A stretch of DNA of 64,000 bases from an uncultured Acidobacteriota bacterium (GCA_963796275.1 CAWCKY010000004.1:640001-704000); one strand, 5' to 3'; counted from the first letter of the stretch, positions 53,113 through 64,000 are shown. Made by a program: numbers and translations. The notes: generated by a model not told the origin, from the letters alone.

Positions 53113-53991
53113 GTTCTATCTACCGATTCAATGTTGTCGTTTATCGTTGAATACCACTTAGTTGGTTAGGATAGGATTTCCCTTTGTGGAAACTTTACGG
53201 CTGGTTCATTAGCAATTTCTCCGCCACGGTTTGCAAAGAAGAGGCGCTCCTTTGGCAACTTATTCACACCATAAAAAATAAGAAGTTTTTGCCTTCTAAA
53301 ATTCGGAAGAAGAATACGAATCCAGGTGGCGAGATTTAACGAGGGTGGCGACATATCGCCAATAGACGCGATATATTGCGCCTTTTTAAGAGGGAGTTCC
53401 GCGATCTATGAACATCGACAGTACGGCCAGAATCAGGTTATGGCCGTACTGACAGACATTTTCACCGAGCGGAGAATTGTAAGCGAAATTGTGGAACTTC
53501 TTGGCCGGCCACTCTGCCTATTTTGGTGTAATGCGATGCAGGACGGACGGAAAACGAGGGCTTGGGCCTGTCGTATAGGTTGGACTCTGCACCTTCGCTT
53601 TTGTAACTTGTAAATTTAGAACGGCAAGGACTGATTCTCTAGCAGGTTCACATGCTATTCAGTTCTACACGCTGATAGTCTTCGATGTCTTGCACGCTGT
53701 TCAGGAAATTCAGATCACCACTAAAATGCAGCTCGAATTCACTCAGCCGGGCGGTTATGTTCCAAGTCTCAGCCGGGCGCGTAATGTGTGATTATCCAGG
53801 CTATGAACTTTGGCATTGGAAATCGCCGTGAAGAGCACAATATGTTGTTGTTTCAACCTACAAGGGCTTGATAACGGTTCTGTTGCAAATAAATTTTCAG
53901 CCACAATCTGTGGTAGCATGAATTAGCAGATCACATAAAAATCTTGTGTATTCGGGGCATTTTGCAACAGACCCGAATTGAATATAACCAA

Positions 53992-55005
53992 ATGACCACC
54001 AAGCCGATTGAATTCTTACTGGAAAATGCCCTGGCTTTCCGCGCCACATTATTTGATGAGCGGCACGAAACGGCGTTTCGACTCTTCAATGGATTTACCG
54101 AAGGCGCTCCGGATCTGGTGGCGGACATTTACGCCAAAACGCTGCTCATTCATAACTATGCTGAACGGCCGGAAGACGGGGTGGCCTTGGTGCGCGCAGC
54201 TCAACAGTTTCTGCTGGCCAGCTTACCCTGGATTCGGACGGTGATTGTTAAGACGCGCCACAGCCAGTCCTCAGAGGGAAAGCGCGGCAGCATAGTCTAT
54301 GGAGAAATTGCGGATCGGAAGATCCGCGAAAACGGTATCTGGTATGCGATTGATCTGATGATCAATCGCGACGCCAGCTTCTATCTGGATACGCGCCCGG
54401 TTCGGCATTGGGCGCAACAACAGCTCAAAGACAAATCCGTTCTCAATACCTTTGCCTATACCGGCAGTCTCGGAGTCTCGGCTCGAGCGGGCGGGGCGGA
54501 GCGGGTAGTCCATCTGGATTTGAACCGAAATTTTTTGAATTTGGCTAAAACTTCATACACGCTGAATGGTTTCCCGATCGACAAAAAAGATTTTAAAGCC
54601 GGTGACTTCTGGTCTCAAATCAATCGCCTGAAAGCAACTGATGAAGGTTTCGACTGCGTTTTTCTCGATCCGCCTCTCTATTCAGCTACTCGGAAAGGCG
54701 TCGTGGATCTCTTGCAAAGCTACGCGCGACTGATCAATAAAGTGCGCCCCTTGATTAACCACGGCGGCTTCCTAGTGGCGATTAATAATGCGCTCTTTCA
54801 TTCTGGCGCGGCGTACCTCAAGGAGATCGAACAATTATGCGCCGACGGATACTTGACGGTTCAAGAGTTGATTCCGGTACCGGAGGATTTTGTCGGCGCC
54901 CAACAGACACCCGCTGCCGCACTGGCAGCCGATCCAACGCCCTTCAACCATTCAACCAAAATCGTCGTTCTTAAAGTCCGTCGCAAAGCTTCGTCGAGCG
55001 GCTGA
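53992..55005 (+). CDS. Class I SAM-dependent methyltransferase (RlmI/RlmK-like)
   Basis: FRLFNGF.EG...LVADIY, FYLDTR, VLNTFAYTGSLG, FDCVFLDPP. Confidence 0.85.
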   Translation: MTTKPIEFLLENALAFRATLFDERHETAFRLFNGFTEGAPDLVADIYAKTLLIHNYAERPEDGVALVRAAQQFLLASLPWIRTVIVKTRHSQSSEGKRGSIVYGEIADRKIRENGIWYAIDLMINRDASFYLDTRPVRHWAQQQLKDKSVLNTFAYTGSLGVSARAGGAERVVHLDLNRNFLNLAKTSYTLNGFPIDKKDFKAGDFWSQINRLKATDEGFDCVFLDPPLYSATRKGVVDLLQSYARLINKVRPLINHGGFLVAINNALFHSGAAYLKEIEQLCADGYLTVQELIPVPEDFVGAQQTPAAALAADPTPFNHSTKIVVLKVRRKASSSG

Positions 55006-55297
55006 GATATATCCCCTTCGGAGCCGTTTGAACGCTCCAGCCATAAGTCGTCAGGTAACGCTGACATGGCCGGGTCTTTAACTCTATTCACCCGCGCCTC
55101 TGGAGCTGAGTTCCTCGGTTGCGATGAAATACCACACGCCCGGATGAGGCGCGAAATAGGAGAGACTAAACTAAGCCATTAATTTAGGCCGTTAATTAAT
55201 GATGACTTCCTTGGAGCCTATCGTCGCAAAGCTTAGACACGGTATAGCTATCGCATTCCACAATGCGCTGGCAATACACAACTTAAGGAAGTATTAG

Positions 55298-55381
<84 letters not shown>

Positions 55382-55654
55382 CAAACATTCAAAGACCGGC
55401 AAGTTTATTACAGCCACACGAAGAACTCAAATTTTTCGGCCATCGATCATCGCCTACATCAAGGGGCGGGATAAGTGAGAAAAGTCTTTTCCAAGTCTTT
55501 TCGCAGATACTGCTTCGCGCAGTTTACAGATATCACCGGATTTAATAGCATGGTAGTATATTCTAAGTGATGCGCTGTTAATTGGGTTAATAGTTGACAC
55601 TGATATAAATTCCAAATCCAAGTAGGCGAGTAATACCAGGAATGGAGGATTCAT

Positions 55655-56506
55655 ATGTTGGTTTGTGCCGTCTGCCGCAGTCAAAACATGGACTCTGCAA
55701 AGTTTTGTGGCAATTGTGGCAATGCATTTTCACGTAATTCGGAGCCGGCCTCTTCACTAATCGATTGCCCGCAAGGGCACATATACAGCGCAGCCTATCC
55801 AAATTGCCCCTATTGCCCGCAGACGGAAGCGAGTGGAGCTTCAGCGTTTAACAGACGGATAGAAGATCAGTTCGGTGCTATCGATCAACTGAGTGCTGCG
55901 AGTTTGCAATCATCAATGCCCAAGCGATTCGACCGGTCGGATTCCCGTGGGTTCGATCAGCTGGATTCGCCTGCGAATCGTAATTCGACCTCACGGGGGA
56001 CGAAGAGCGTATCCCCACAATCATTTCAACACAGCGCGCCGACCGAAGCACTGGGGGAATCGGTCAGGACGCAGCCTGATATGTCGCCCATCATAGATGG
56101 ACAGAAATCCTCTGCCGCTGCCGCACTATTGACCTCCGATGGCGACCGCCGATCAGTGAATATGGATGAAGAAGACGCGCCGGCGCGCGGGTCGAAAGGT
56201 AAGATCGTCGGCTGGTTGATCACTTACAACCGTAATCCGGATGGCGAAGACTTCCGCATCTACGCCGGATATAACAGGATCGGCGCCAATCCGGTCTGCG
56301 ATATTATGGTCGAGGATGAAACCGTCAGCGGCTCGCACGCCATCATCGTCTATCGCGATGGCCGATGCCTGATTAAAGACGATCTTTCGCGTAATGGGAC
56401 TTTCGTCAATGGCCGAGAGATCACCGAAGCTCACCCCCTGCAAAATTACGACCAGATACGGCTGGGTAACACATACCTGACTTACATTTCTGCGCGACGC
56501 ACATAA
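55655..56506 (+). CDS. Zinc-ribbon + FHA domain protein
   Basis: CAVC...FCGNCG and CPQGH...CPYC; C-terminal IG....CDI...D.TVSGSHA...D.LSRNGTFVNG FHA. Confidence 0.88.
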   Translation: MLVCAVCRSQNMDSAKFCGNCGNAFSRNSEPASSLIDCPQGHIYSAAYPNCPYCPQTEASGASAFNRRIEDQFGAIDQLSAASLQSSMPKRFDRSDSRGFDQLDSPANRNSTSRGTKSVSPQSFQHSAPTEALGESVRTQPDMSPIIDGQKSSAAAALLTSDGDRRSVNMDEEDAPARGSKGKIVGWLITYNRNPDGEDFRIYAGYNRIGANPVCDIMVEDETVSGSHAIIVYRDGRCLIKDDLSRNGTFVNGREITEAHPLQNYDQIRLGNTYLTYISARRT

Positions 56507-56531
56507 TGCGGTTATCGCTACGGCAATTGAA

Positions 56532-57140
56532 GTGGTCGAAGCACGAATCCGAGACCTCCTGGTCGCAACTTCCAACAAAGGCAAAATCGCCGAAATCTCC
56601 GATCTTCTCGCGGGATCGAAATGGCATCTGTTGAGCCTTGACGATCTGCCCCGTTCAATCCCTACAGTCGAAGAGACAGCCACGACATTTGTGGGAAACG
56701 CTCTGATAAAAGCTGAATACTATTTTGCTCAGTCAGGGTTGGTCACGCTCGCAGATGATTCCGGTCTCGAGGTGGACGCGCTGGCAGGAAGGCCCGGAGT
56801 CTTATCAGCACGCTATGGCGGTGAAGGATTGAGCAGCATCGAACAAATAAATTTGCTGCTCGATGAGTTGAAGGATGTGCCCGAAGAGAAACGTACAGCT
56901 CGATTCGTCTGTTGCATCGCAATCGCGATGCACGGCCGAATCGAGACTTTTACTGGCCGATGCGATGGTTCCATCGCATTTTCACCTCGCGGCACTTCCG
57001 GATTCGGATATGATCCGATCTTCATTGATCCTCAGATAGGCCGTACTTTCGCTGAGCTGACCCGAGATGAAAAGGCCGCTCGCAGCCATCGCGGAATTGC
57101 CCTCAGAGAGGTGCTCAAATTCCTAACCGATAATAAATAA
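56532..57140 (+). CDS. rdgB: Non-canonical purine NTP pyrophosphatase (RdgB/HAM1)
   Basis: ATSNKGKI.E, NALIKA, ADDSGLEVDAL.GRPGV.SARY, GFGYDPIF, SHRG. Confidence 0.95.
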   Translation: MVEARIRDLLVATSNKGKIAEISDLLAGSKWHLLSLDDLPRSIPTVEETATTFVGNALIKAEYYFAQSGLVTLADDSGLEVDALAGRPGVLSARYGGEGLSSIEQINLLLDELKDVPEEKRTARFVCCIAIAMHGRIETFTGRCDGSIAFSPRGTSGFGYDPIFIDPQIGRTFAELTRDEKAARSHRGIALREVLKFLTDNK

Positions 57141-57141
57141 A

Positions 57142-57176
57142 ATAATTGATAATTGATAATTGATAATTGATAATTT
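57142..57176. repeat. (ATAATTG)n heptamer tandem repeat, about 5 copies
   Basis: Directly visible between convergent rdgB and the 57251 gene. Confidence 0.8.
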
Positions 57177-57250
57177 TACTTCATCACCGATGACTGCCCA
57201 CCCATCCATGACTGGCTATCGATTACCAATTAGCGATTATCAACCATTCT

Positions 57251-57652
57251 TCAACCTGCATGGATAAGCGTTTTCAGATCTCTCCCGAACTTCACATCGA
57301 TTTTCACCGATCTAACCTCGACGACGACACCGAGTCCGAACTTGGGGTGTTCGACCCGATCGCCCACGTCGAAGCTCTCCTGCATCGAATAGGCGCGTAA
57401 TGGGCCGTTCCCTTCAACTGACCGAGATGAGTCTTTCTTTGATGATCTGGTCGAGCCACGCGTCGCGGAGGTTTGCGGCTGGCGCTCGCGATAAAGATGA
57501 TTGCTTTGACAAGTCCGGCATTGAACACGCTCTATTTTGTCGGGTCCTTTTAATGCGGCAATGACGTGTTCGCGAATTTCCTTACATTTACCACAATATG
57601 CGTCTACATCTCCGCCCAATTGAGGGCGATTAATAATTCCTAGTGGGTTCAT
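57251..57652 (-). CDS. Hypothetical protein: N-terminal zinc ribbon plus C-terminal Tudor-like (PcrA/UvrD C-terminus-like) domain
   Basis: YCGKCK...QCRTC..H; FDVGDRVEHPKFGLGVV. Confidence 0.75.
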   Translation of the reverse strand: MNPLGIINRPQLGGDVDAYCGKCKEIREHVIAALKGPDKIERVQCRTCQSNHLYRERQPQTSATRGSTRSSKKDSSRSVEGNGPLRAYSMQESFDVGDRVEHPKFGLGVVVEVRSVKIDVKFGRDLKTLIHAG

Positions 57653-58002
57653 ATTGATCCGTTCATCTACTCTCAATACAGCTTTTAAATAAGTTTCTTA
57701 TCCGAAAGTGTTTTGGAAACAAAAATGGCAAAAAGTGCAAAATCAAAAATATCAGGCTTTTGCCTCTCAGCACTTTTTGCCTTCTTCGATTCACGTTCTT
57801 CATTGTAACCGTCAATCGTCCGGTCTGCCAGCCAAGATCAGATTGATCGTGCTAAAACCTGGGAATTCAATGAAAGAACCAATAAAATTGGTCTATCGCG
57901 AAGACAAATAGCATGCTGAATGGTATGATTCACCCATAAGTTTTACCAAAGGTTTCATTGCAATACCTCGCCCCGTTTCTCTAAATCGAGATTCGAACCC
58001 AC

Positions 58003-59625
58003 ATGAAACTGACAAAAGCGAAATTGATAAGCTCCTTTGTATATCCGCTGGCCTGGGCGCTCATCGCATTCAACGTTCAGGCGCAAACAGGATATGCAAT
58101 ACAAGTCGCCTCTCCGCCTTCTCTATCAGAAGCGCAGGCCATCGTCGACGATCTGAAGGTGAAGGAAGTCGATGCTTATATTATAAAAACGGTAGTGCCG
58201 AAGAGAGGCACTCGCTTCCGCGTCCGGATCGGGCGCTTCGCTACTCAAGCCGAAGCGAAAAAGGCTGGTGAACTATCGCTCAACCAGGGATTCATCGGTG
58301 AGTTTATCGTTACAAAATACGATCCGCCTGCGATCGACCAGTTAGCAGCGAAAGATGAAAAGTCGAAGCCGGTGACTCCTCAACCAACACCAAACCAACC
58401 GGCACCGGCAAAAGCCGAACCGCCCCCAGCCGACATTGTGGCCGCGGATAAACAACCGATCGCGGATAAACAGCCGATCAAAGATTTAGTCGACGTTACT
58501 CCCGAGCCGCCCGCCCGAGAAACCGTATCGGAACCCGCCAGCGATTATGCACCGCCCGTTGAGGCGATGATCGATCTAGCGTTCAATAATCGCGACTGGC
58601 GAATCGCCCGTCGCGGCGGCGGTAAGGACAAGGACCTGAAGGCGGTATTTTTTTTCGATTCCATCACCGGTTGGGCTGCCGGCGATGACGGAGCTACATT
58701 TCGCACGACTGATGGCGGTCGAAGCTGGAAACCATTGGTGAGCGGGGCTCCTGCAAATATCGACTTTATCTATTTCGCCGATTGGAGCAATGGCTGGATG
58801 CTGGGCGAACCGGATAAAAATCCGGATAAAAATAAGGAATCCGGTAGGCTCCTTTTCACTACGAACAATGGCGGCCGCAGTTGGAGGCATAAACCACTGC
58901 CGAAAGTTATAAGCCTGCACTTCATCGATAAGCTGAACGGTTGGGCCGTGGGGAATGATGCGACCGTGCTTAAAACCACAAATGGCGGAGAAGAATGGTC
59001 TGCGATACCCGGTTTTGAAAAGCTGAGCGGCATTTCGGTCGAGTCGTCCAACGGCAATCTCGGTTTCCGAGACGTCTACTTTCTCAATAACGAGAATGGG
59101 TGGATCATCGGAAATTTCTACGGGCGCGAGAGCAGCAGCATCGGCGTCATGTTTGTAACTTCCGACGGCGGAAAGTCATGGAAACAGGTGTCTCTGAACA
59201 TAGCGGATTCATCGGGCCGGTTGATCCCGGGCGAGTTGCATTCGGTTCGCTTCAGTGATGTCAATAGGGGTTCGGTTACCGGTGAGCTTTATGACGGCGA
59301 CGCCCGCTTCTTCTTTGCCCTGCACACGCGCAATGGCGGCCAGACCTGGGAGCAAAATCGCACACCGAGCCGCGCGGCTCACAGCACACGATTCATCAAT
59401 CTATCGAACGGCTGGAGTTCGGCAGTCGCCCCGCGAGATAGCAGCGCCGAATCAATCATCTACGATACTACGCTCATGCGCACAGATAGCGGGGGAAAGA
59501 CCTGGAAGGATGATTTCGTCGCTCGTGGTGGGCGAATCCATGACCTTTTTTTCCTGTCACCCATAGAAGGCTGGGCCGTAGGCGACCACGGGATGATCCT
59601 GCGTTATGAGGAGAAATTGAAATAG
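58003..59625 (+). CDS. Secreted SPOR domain + YCF48/BNR beta-propeller protein
   Basis: YAIQVAS...FRVRIGRFAT..EA; Pro-rich linker; repeated F.D...GWAVG..G...T.DGG.SW. Confidence 0.85.
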   Translation: MKLTKAKLISSFVYPLAWALIAFNVQAQTGYAIQVASPPSLSEAQAIVDDLKVKEVDAYIIKTVVPKRGTRFRVRIGRFATQAEAKKAGELSLNQGFIGEFIVTKYDPPAIDQLAAKDEKSKPVTPQPTPNQPAPAKAEPPPADIVAADKQPIADKQPIKDLVDVTPEPPARETVSEPASDYAPPVEAMIDLAFNNRDWRIARRGGGKDKDLKAVFFFDSITGWAAGDDGATFRTTDGGRSWKPLVSGAPANIDFIYFADWSNGWMLGEPDKNPDKNKESGRLLFTTNNGGRSWRHKPLPKVISLHFIDKLNGWAVGNDATVLKTTNGGEEWSAIPGFEKLSGISVESSNGNLGFRDVYFLNNENGWIIGNFYGRESSSIGVMFVTSDGGKSWKQVSLNIADSSGRLIPGELHSVRFSDVNRGSVTGELYDGDARFFFALHTRNGGQTWEQNRTPSRAAHSTRFINLSNGWSSAVAPRDSSAESIIYDTTLMRTDSGGKTWKDDFVARGGRIHDLFFLSPIEGWAVGDHGMILRYEEKLK

Positions 59626-59745
59626 TTGGCGGTAGGCGGTTGCTGGCAATCGGTAGGCGGTAATCGGTAGTCGGTTGTCGGTTGGCGGTTTTACAAGTTA
59701 TCACCTGGGAGCTTTCGACTCACAACCGCCTACCGACAACCGACA
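59625..59745. repeat. Heptamer-based (GTCGGTA/GGCGGTA versus ACCGACA) imperfect palindrome between convergent genes
   Basis: GGCGGTAGGCGGT...GTCGGTTGTCGGTTGGCGGTT ... AACCGCCTACCGACAACCGAC. Confidence 0.7.
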
Positions 59746-59753
59746 CCTGTCAC

Positions 59754-60839
59754 CTAGTTCCCGATAAATGCCAGCGCGAGTTCGACTAGAATCAGCAGAA
59801 CTATGATCGCTTCGAGCGTCTGGCTCTGTGCGGTATGGACTCGATCGGTCAGTAATTCGTAAAAGTCCGAGATTATTTCGAGCTTCCGCAAGATAATTCG
59901 ATCCCATTCCTGCAAGTAAAACCTGCTCGCCGCGGCCGAGTACAGTCTGGCCAGATATAGGTCGCCCACCAGTTTGAGCGCGTTATCGACTCGCTCGGAG
60001 AGCAGCGATGATTCAAATCGTAATTCGGCCAGGTCCTCGATCGCGCGCCTGTATGGTCGACGAAACGGGATCGGTAATTCTGGCCTTTGACGAGCCAGGG
60101 TCTCGTAGTCGGCGATACGACGGTCTAGCCGGTTGTCGATATAGCGTGCTTCCAATAACTCGACGTTGACCAGTTCTAGAACGTTCGCTGTGTCTTCGTA
60201 GTCGGGGTCGTAGATGATCGCTGCATTCCAGTCGACCAGAGCGAGGTCATTTTCGTAATAGGAGATGGCCTGACCTAGCGCCTCGTCCTGCTGTGAGCGG
60301 CTGATGCTTTTGGTTTCAAATCTCAGCGTTTGCGCCAGCGTCGAGCGGAACTCGGATATCAACTCATCGGCGTTCAATGCTCGATCGAGTTCCTCGATTA
60401 TGAACAGATAATAGTCTTCAACAAGATGGGCGAGCCGCGGGCGCACGATGGCAGGCTCGATCTTCTTCATCAGATTTTCCACCTGCTCTCTGGCATGTGG
60501 TTCCAGATTGAAGTTGTAAAGATCATGACTGATCCGCGGGAGATCACCCAGTAAGGTCGCATCCAATGACCAGCGGTATGAGATGCTCACCGCACCGAAA
60601 TCGAATACCGTCGCCCGAATATTACCGGGCGTAGCGAAATGTCCCGATGTCAATCCCAGATGTAGGATTTGCGGCGGCTTCGTGTACTGTAAATATGTCG
60701 GCGTCTTCTTCTTTCGCGAGAGCGGTTGAACCGGCGTCGTCGCTACCATTGCGCTCAGATTATCCAGCAATACTTCATACCCTATATCGAACGCGAACAT
60801 CGCTGCAACCTGACCCTGTACGATATGTATCATAATCAA
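59754..60839 (-). CDS. RMD1/DUF155-like protein
   Basis: FAFDIG, FDFGA.S, E.ANV.LLE.RY.D..L, VDNALKLVGD.YLAR.Y, LE.IIVLLI C-terminal TM. Confidence 0.7.
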   Translation of the reverse strand: MIMIHIVQGQVAAMFAFDIGYEVLLDNLSAMVATTPVQPLSRKKKTPTYLQYTKPPQILHLGLTSGHFATPGNIRATVFDFGAVSISYRWSLDATLLGDLPRISHDLYNFNLEPHAREQVENLMKKIEPAIVRPRLAHLVEDYYLFIIEELDRALNADELISEFRSTLAQTLRFETKSISRSQQDEALGQAISYYENDLALVDWNAAIIYDPDYEDTANVLELVNVELLEARYIDNRLDRRIADYETLARQRPELPIPFRRPYRRAIEDLAELRFESSLLSERVDNALKLVGDLYLARLYSAAASRFYLQEWDRIILRKLEIISDFYELLTDRVHTAQSQTLEAIIVLLILVELALAFIGN

Positions 60840-61131
60840 ACTTCCCTAATGCGCCGCAAGAACCTTCGGGACGACTATTAATCTCACGTAAATACCCAAA
60901 AAGGAAGAACTTTCTCACATGATATCACCCATTTATGACTTTCCCGTTTTCATAAAAACGAGTTACATCTACGTAAAGTGTGCAACTTCTTCCTACCAAT
61001 ACTGTAAGAATTACCTATGATCCAGATAAGTAAAGACAACTTAAATCTCTCTCATACGCGTAAATCTCCGGAACAGAATGATTTGCGCATTACATCTAAA
61101 ACGAAGCGGAGATGGCATCAGGTTTGCATTT

Positions 61132-61165
<34 letters not shown>

Positions 61166-61531
61166 CTCCACTGACGGTGTCAAGTGGTTACCAGGGTGAG
61201 GTAGGTAACCACAGTTATACAGGGCGTTACGGTTAATCCCACAACTGTAACGCCTATATTTTTGCCTACTCGGAAAAATCCGGGGGGGTAAACTGAAAGT
61301 CTGGGTAGAAATTCTCGAGCCGCCAGCCATAAAAAGACTATTAATTCACCTACCACCGCGAATCGGGTCGCGATATAATTCAAAAACTGCATTAAGAGTT
61401 CTGTATGTACGGAGCCTCGCGCGTACACTCAGGAATTCTCCGAATAACCGTCAAGTCGTCACGTGCGACTACGTCCTTAAACAAATACGCCCGAGGTGAG
61501 TGCATTGGGGCGTTTGCAGAGGAACCGCCAA

Positions 61532-62365
61532 ATGACCGCTGATATTTTCAAAACGTGGGAACGGACCATCGCCCAGGTGGCCAAGATGTTTTTAATTACT
61601 GTTGTACTCGTTGCGCTGACCATATTTGCCAATGCTCAAAAAGCCGATCCGAAAGAGCCGATTAATGTCCGCAAAGGTCAGGAGCTGATAAAGCAGGCGA
61701 TCGAGGCACGCGGTGGGCGTTATTTGACCTTCAGATCGGTGATGGCTAGTGGACAATATACGCCGTACGAGAAAGGCATTTCGCAGATTCCCATTCAATT
61801 CATCGACATCATCGTCTATCCCGATAAAGAGCGAGTCGAGTTCGGCAAGGGCAAGAAGAAGAATAAACGAATACAGGTCAATGTCGGAAAGACGGGATGG
61901 ATATATGATGGTGACGCGGAGACTATAAAGGATCAAACAGATAAGCAGATTCAGGCGCATATCGATGGGCTCGAGTTCGATCTCGACCGTTTGTTGAGAG
62001 TTGGCTGGAAAGGGGACGGGGTTGAAGTCGGCTATGCCGGCCGGGAAGAAACGCGTCCCGGAGAGCGTGCGGATGTCGTCGCCGTTGAATTGCCATCAGA
62101 CCGTCGAGTCAATCTTCTGCTCGACCAGAATACACATCTGCCATTGAGCCTGATCTTCGAGAAACCCGGTGATGAAGGGCTGGTCAAGCACGAAGTGCGA
62201 TTCAATCAATATGTCTCCTATGACGGCGCATTATTTCCGAATATAGTGGATTTTTATCGGAACGGAATTCAGGAGAGCCGCCTCAATTATCAATCGGTGA
62301 GGCTGGATCCGGAGCTCGAGGAGGACATTTTCAGCAAACCAGCCAGCGTCAAGGCGATTAAATGA
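61532..62365 (+). CDS. Secreted hypothetical protein (LolA-like beta-clasp possible)
   Basis: Signal-like segment, AIEARGG, LD..T.LP, Y..YDG..FP pattern; start uncertain. Confidence 0.65.
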   Translation: MTADIFKTWERTIAQVAKMFLITVVLVALTIFANAQKADPKEPINVRKGQELIKQAIEARGGRYLTFRSVMASGQYTPYEKGISQIPIQFIDIIVYPDKERVEFGKGKKKNKRIQVNVGKTGWIYDGDAETIKDQTDKQIQAHIDGLEFDLDRLLRVGWKGDGVEVGYAGREETRPGERADVVAVELPSDRRVNLLLDQNTHLPLSLIFEKPGDEGLVKHEVRFNQYVSYDGALFPNIVDFYRNGIQESRLNYQSVRLDPELEEDIFSKPASVKAIK

Positions 62366-62482
62366 AAATTACGGAGCGCTGGAGCAAATTCCCGGTCATT
62401 AGCATCCCTGGATTTCCAGGAACATTTCCTCCGCTCATCTCGTTAGGCAGTTCGGAGACAGGGTTTATATACGGGTGCTACC

Positions 62483-63097
62483 TTGATCAGGAGAGAACAA
62501 CCTACAGTGGGAGCCAATGCGGCTTTGATTAAATCGGATGCAGAATTGGTGCGGCGATGCCGTGCCGGAGACAGCGCAGCTTGGGAGCAGGTGGTTCACG
62601 ATTACTCCCGGCGTGTCTACAACCTCGCGTACCGATTCACGGGTCGTCATGAATCGTCGGAGGATCTGACACAGGAGGTTTTCGTGCGCGTCTACCGTTC
62701 CTTGGAACAGTATGATCCGCAAGCAGGCGACCTGGCGAACTGGCTCATGCGGCTGGCGCGTAACCTGGTGATCGACGATTACCGTCGTCGCGGTCGCACA
62801 CCGACCGATCTCGGGGAGGATATCGTCGACCACGAGTATCATCTTGAGAGCCGTCACGATGCGCCGGACAGCGGCGTCGAACGATTCGAGCGATCGAAGC
62901 AGGTTCATGTAGCGATCGCAAAACTTCCGCCGGACCTCCGAGAATGCGTAATTCTCCGGGACATCGAGGAATTGACCTATCAGGAGATAGTCGACATCCT
63001 CAATATCCCCATCGGCACGGTAAAGTCTCGCATCAACCGCGGGCGCATCGAGCTGGCCAAAATCTTGAGGCGGATGAAGGTCGTCGAGACGTATTGA
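62483..63097 (+). CDS. ECF sigma-70 factor (RpoE/SigW-like)
   Basis: DAELV.RC.AGD..AW, EDLTQEVFVRVY, WL.RLARN..ID, LTYQEI..IL.IPIGTVKSRINRGR. Confidence 0.95.
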   Translation: MIRREQPTVGANAALIKSDAELVRRCRAGDSAAWEQVVHDYSRRVYNLAYRFTGRHESSEDLTQEVFVRVYRSLEQYDPQAGDLANWLMRLARNLVIDDYRRRGRTPTDLGEDIVDHEYHLESRHDAPDSGVERFERSKQVHVAIAKLPPDLRECVILRDIEELTYQEIVDILNIPIGTVKSRINRGRIELAKILRRMKVVETY

Positions 63098-63098
63098 A

Positions 63099-63195
63099 AT
63101 CGGTTATCGGTTGTCGGTAGCCGGTTGTCGGAGAAGAAGAACATTTGTCTTCCGTACGGCAACCGGCTACCGACAACCGATAACCGGCAACCGAT
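63099..63195. repeat. Heptamer-based palindrome of the same family as 59625-59745
   Basis: ATCGGTTATCGGTTGTCGGTAGCCGGTTG ... CAACCGGCTACCGACAACCGATAACCGG. Confidence 0.75.
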
Positions 63196-63199
63196 TGTG

Positions 63200-64000
63200 A
63201 TGGATTGTAACAAGTTTCAGGATTCAATTTCAGATTATCTTGATTGCGCGCTAGATGCGCGCACACGAGCGGAGTGTGCCGCACATCGTCTTATTTGCCG
63301 CGGGTGCCGTGAACTTTACAACGATGTGCGCGCGGCGGTACAGGCGCTCAGTTCAGTAGCCCAGCGCCCCCTGGCCGAACCTGCGGGACTCGAGCATCGA
63401 ATCATCGCCGCGACTTCCGCGGGTGAGATGTTGAGTTGCGGCGATTTCGACAAACTGATCGAGCGTTATTTCGACGGTGTCATTCTCGCTCCGACTTTTC
63501 AGACTTTTCAAGCTCATTTTGAAAAATGCCTCAAGTGCCGCCGCCTGATGGGCGGAATTGAAGAAGCTATCGCCACCTGCCGAGAGATCAAGGAGACCGA
63601 GATCGAAATGCCGGAGTCTCTTCACGATCGTATCGTTGCGGCTACCGTGGGTGCTACGCATTCCGGCAACTGGTACCGGCGGCGGAGAGATGCCTTGGCT
63701 CTATTCCTGAGCGGCCAGGTGCGCCCGCTATGGACAGCGCAGATGGCAGTCGCTGCCCTTATCTTTGCTGCGAGCAGTCTCTTGATCCTCTCGCGCTTCG
63801 GCAGCGTCAAAGGGATGGCAACTCAGGCCGGCGTCCGGGCGGAGTCCCTGTTCAATCATGGACAGCGGGCGATCAGTAGTACCAGCGCGATGGCTCGCAC
63901 CGGTTTCCAGCGGGTCTCATTCCTGTTCGACGAGGGAGCGGCGCAACCCGATCCTATCAAACCGCCTCCGTCGCCGAACGGCTCAGAAGATCAGCCTCCC
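63200..64000 (+). CDS. Anti-sigma factor with two tandem zf-HC2 (ZAS) domains and TM helix; runs off window
   Basis: Not in ORF track. MDCNKFQDSISDYLD...AHRLICRGC...MLSCGDFDKLIERYFDG...AHFEKCLKC...MAVAALIFAASSLLIL. Confidence 0.9.
   Translation, partial: MDCNKFQDSISDYLDCALDARTRAECAAHRLICRGCRELYNDVRAAVQALSSVAQRPLAEPAGLEHRIIAATSAGEMLSCGDFDKLIERYFDGVILAPTFQTFQAHFEKCLKCRRLMGGIEEAIATCREIKETEIEMPESLHDRIVAATVGATHSGNWYRRRRDALALFLSGQVRPLWTAQMAVAALIFAASSLLILSRFGSVKGMATQAGVRAESLFNHGQRAISSTSAMARTGFQRVSFLFDEGAAQPDPIKPPPSPNGSEDQPP

Noticed and set aside
53600-53810. Possible decayed minus-strand gene fragment with a CAGCCGGGCG direct repeat
   Set aside because: No identifiable family and the frame is interrupted.
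61180-61428. Small ORF beginning like a short membrane-peptide family (RFAVVGELIVFLW)
   Set aside because: The resemblance is short and lost afterwards, so it cannot be supported as a gene or remnant.

Overview
Bacterial window, moderately GC-rich, with gene content typical of Acidobacteriota (inference from Oar-like TonB-dependent receptors and many sulfatases). Several genes are split by single-base indels, most likely long-read assembly errors. Left to right: an mbtH / type II thioesterase / htpG operon (probable edge of an NRPS cluster outside the window); a TBDR-M1 aminopeptidase-GNAT unit; a sulfatase/FGE operon that carries a three-gene candidate RiPP system; a REP-associated tyrosine transposase (RAYT) flanked by REP arrays; three more sulfatases; a GH74 xyloglucanase; an ABC exporter; a TBDR / secreted AhpD-like / deiodinase-like selenoprotein unit; tRNA-Leu(TAA); then core-like genes (FHA, rdgB, SPOR-YCF48, ECF sigma with a double-zinc-finger anti-sigma). 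The top candidate for an undescribed system is 11937-14383. It has a precursor with a twin-arginine-like leader and ten Gly-spaced W-x-N motifs, a partner protein with only a SPASM-like Cys tail, and a coupled radical SAM/SPASM enzyme. Its product is inferred to be a Tat-exported poly-cyclophane peptide. Second is the hidden selenoprotein at 47674-48372 (in-frame UGA plus a SECIS-like hairpin).
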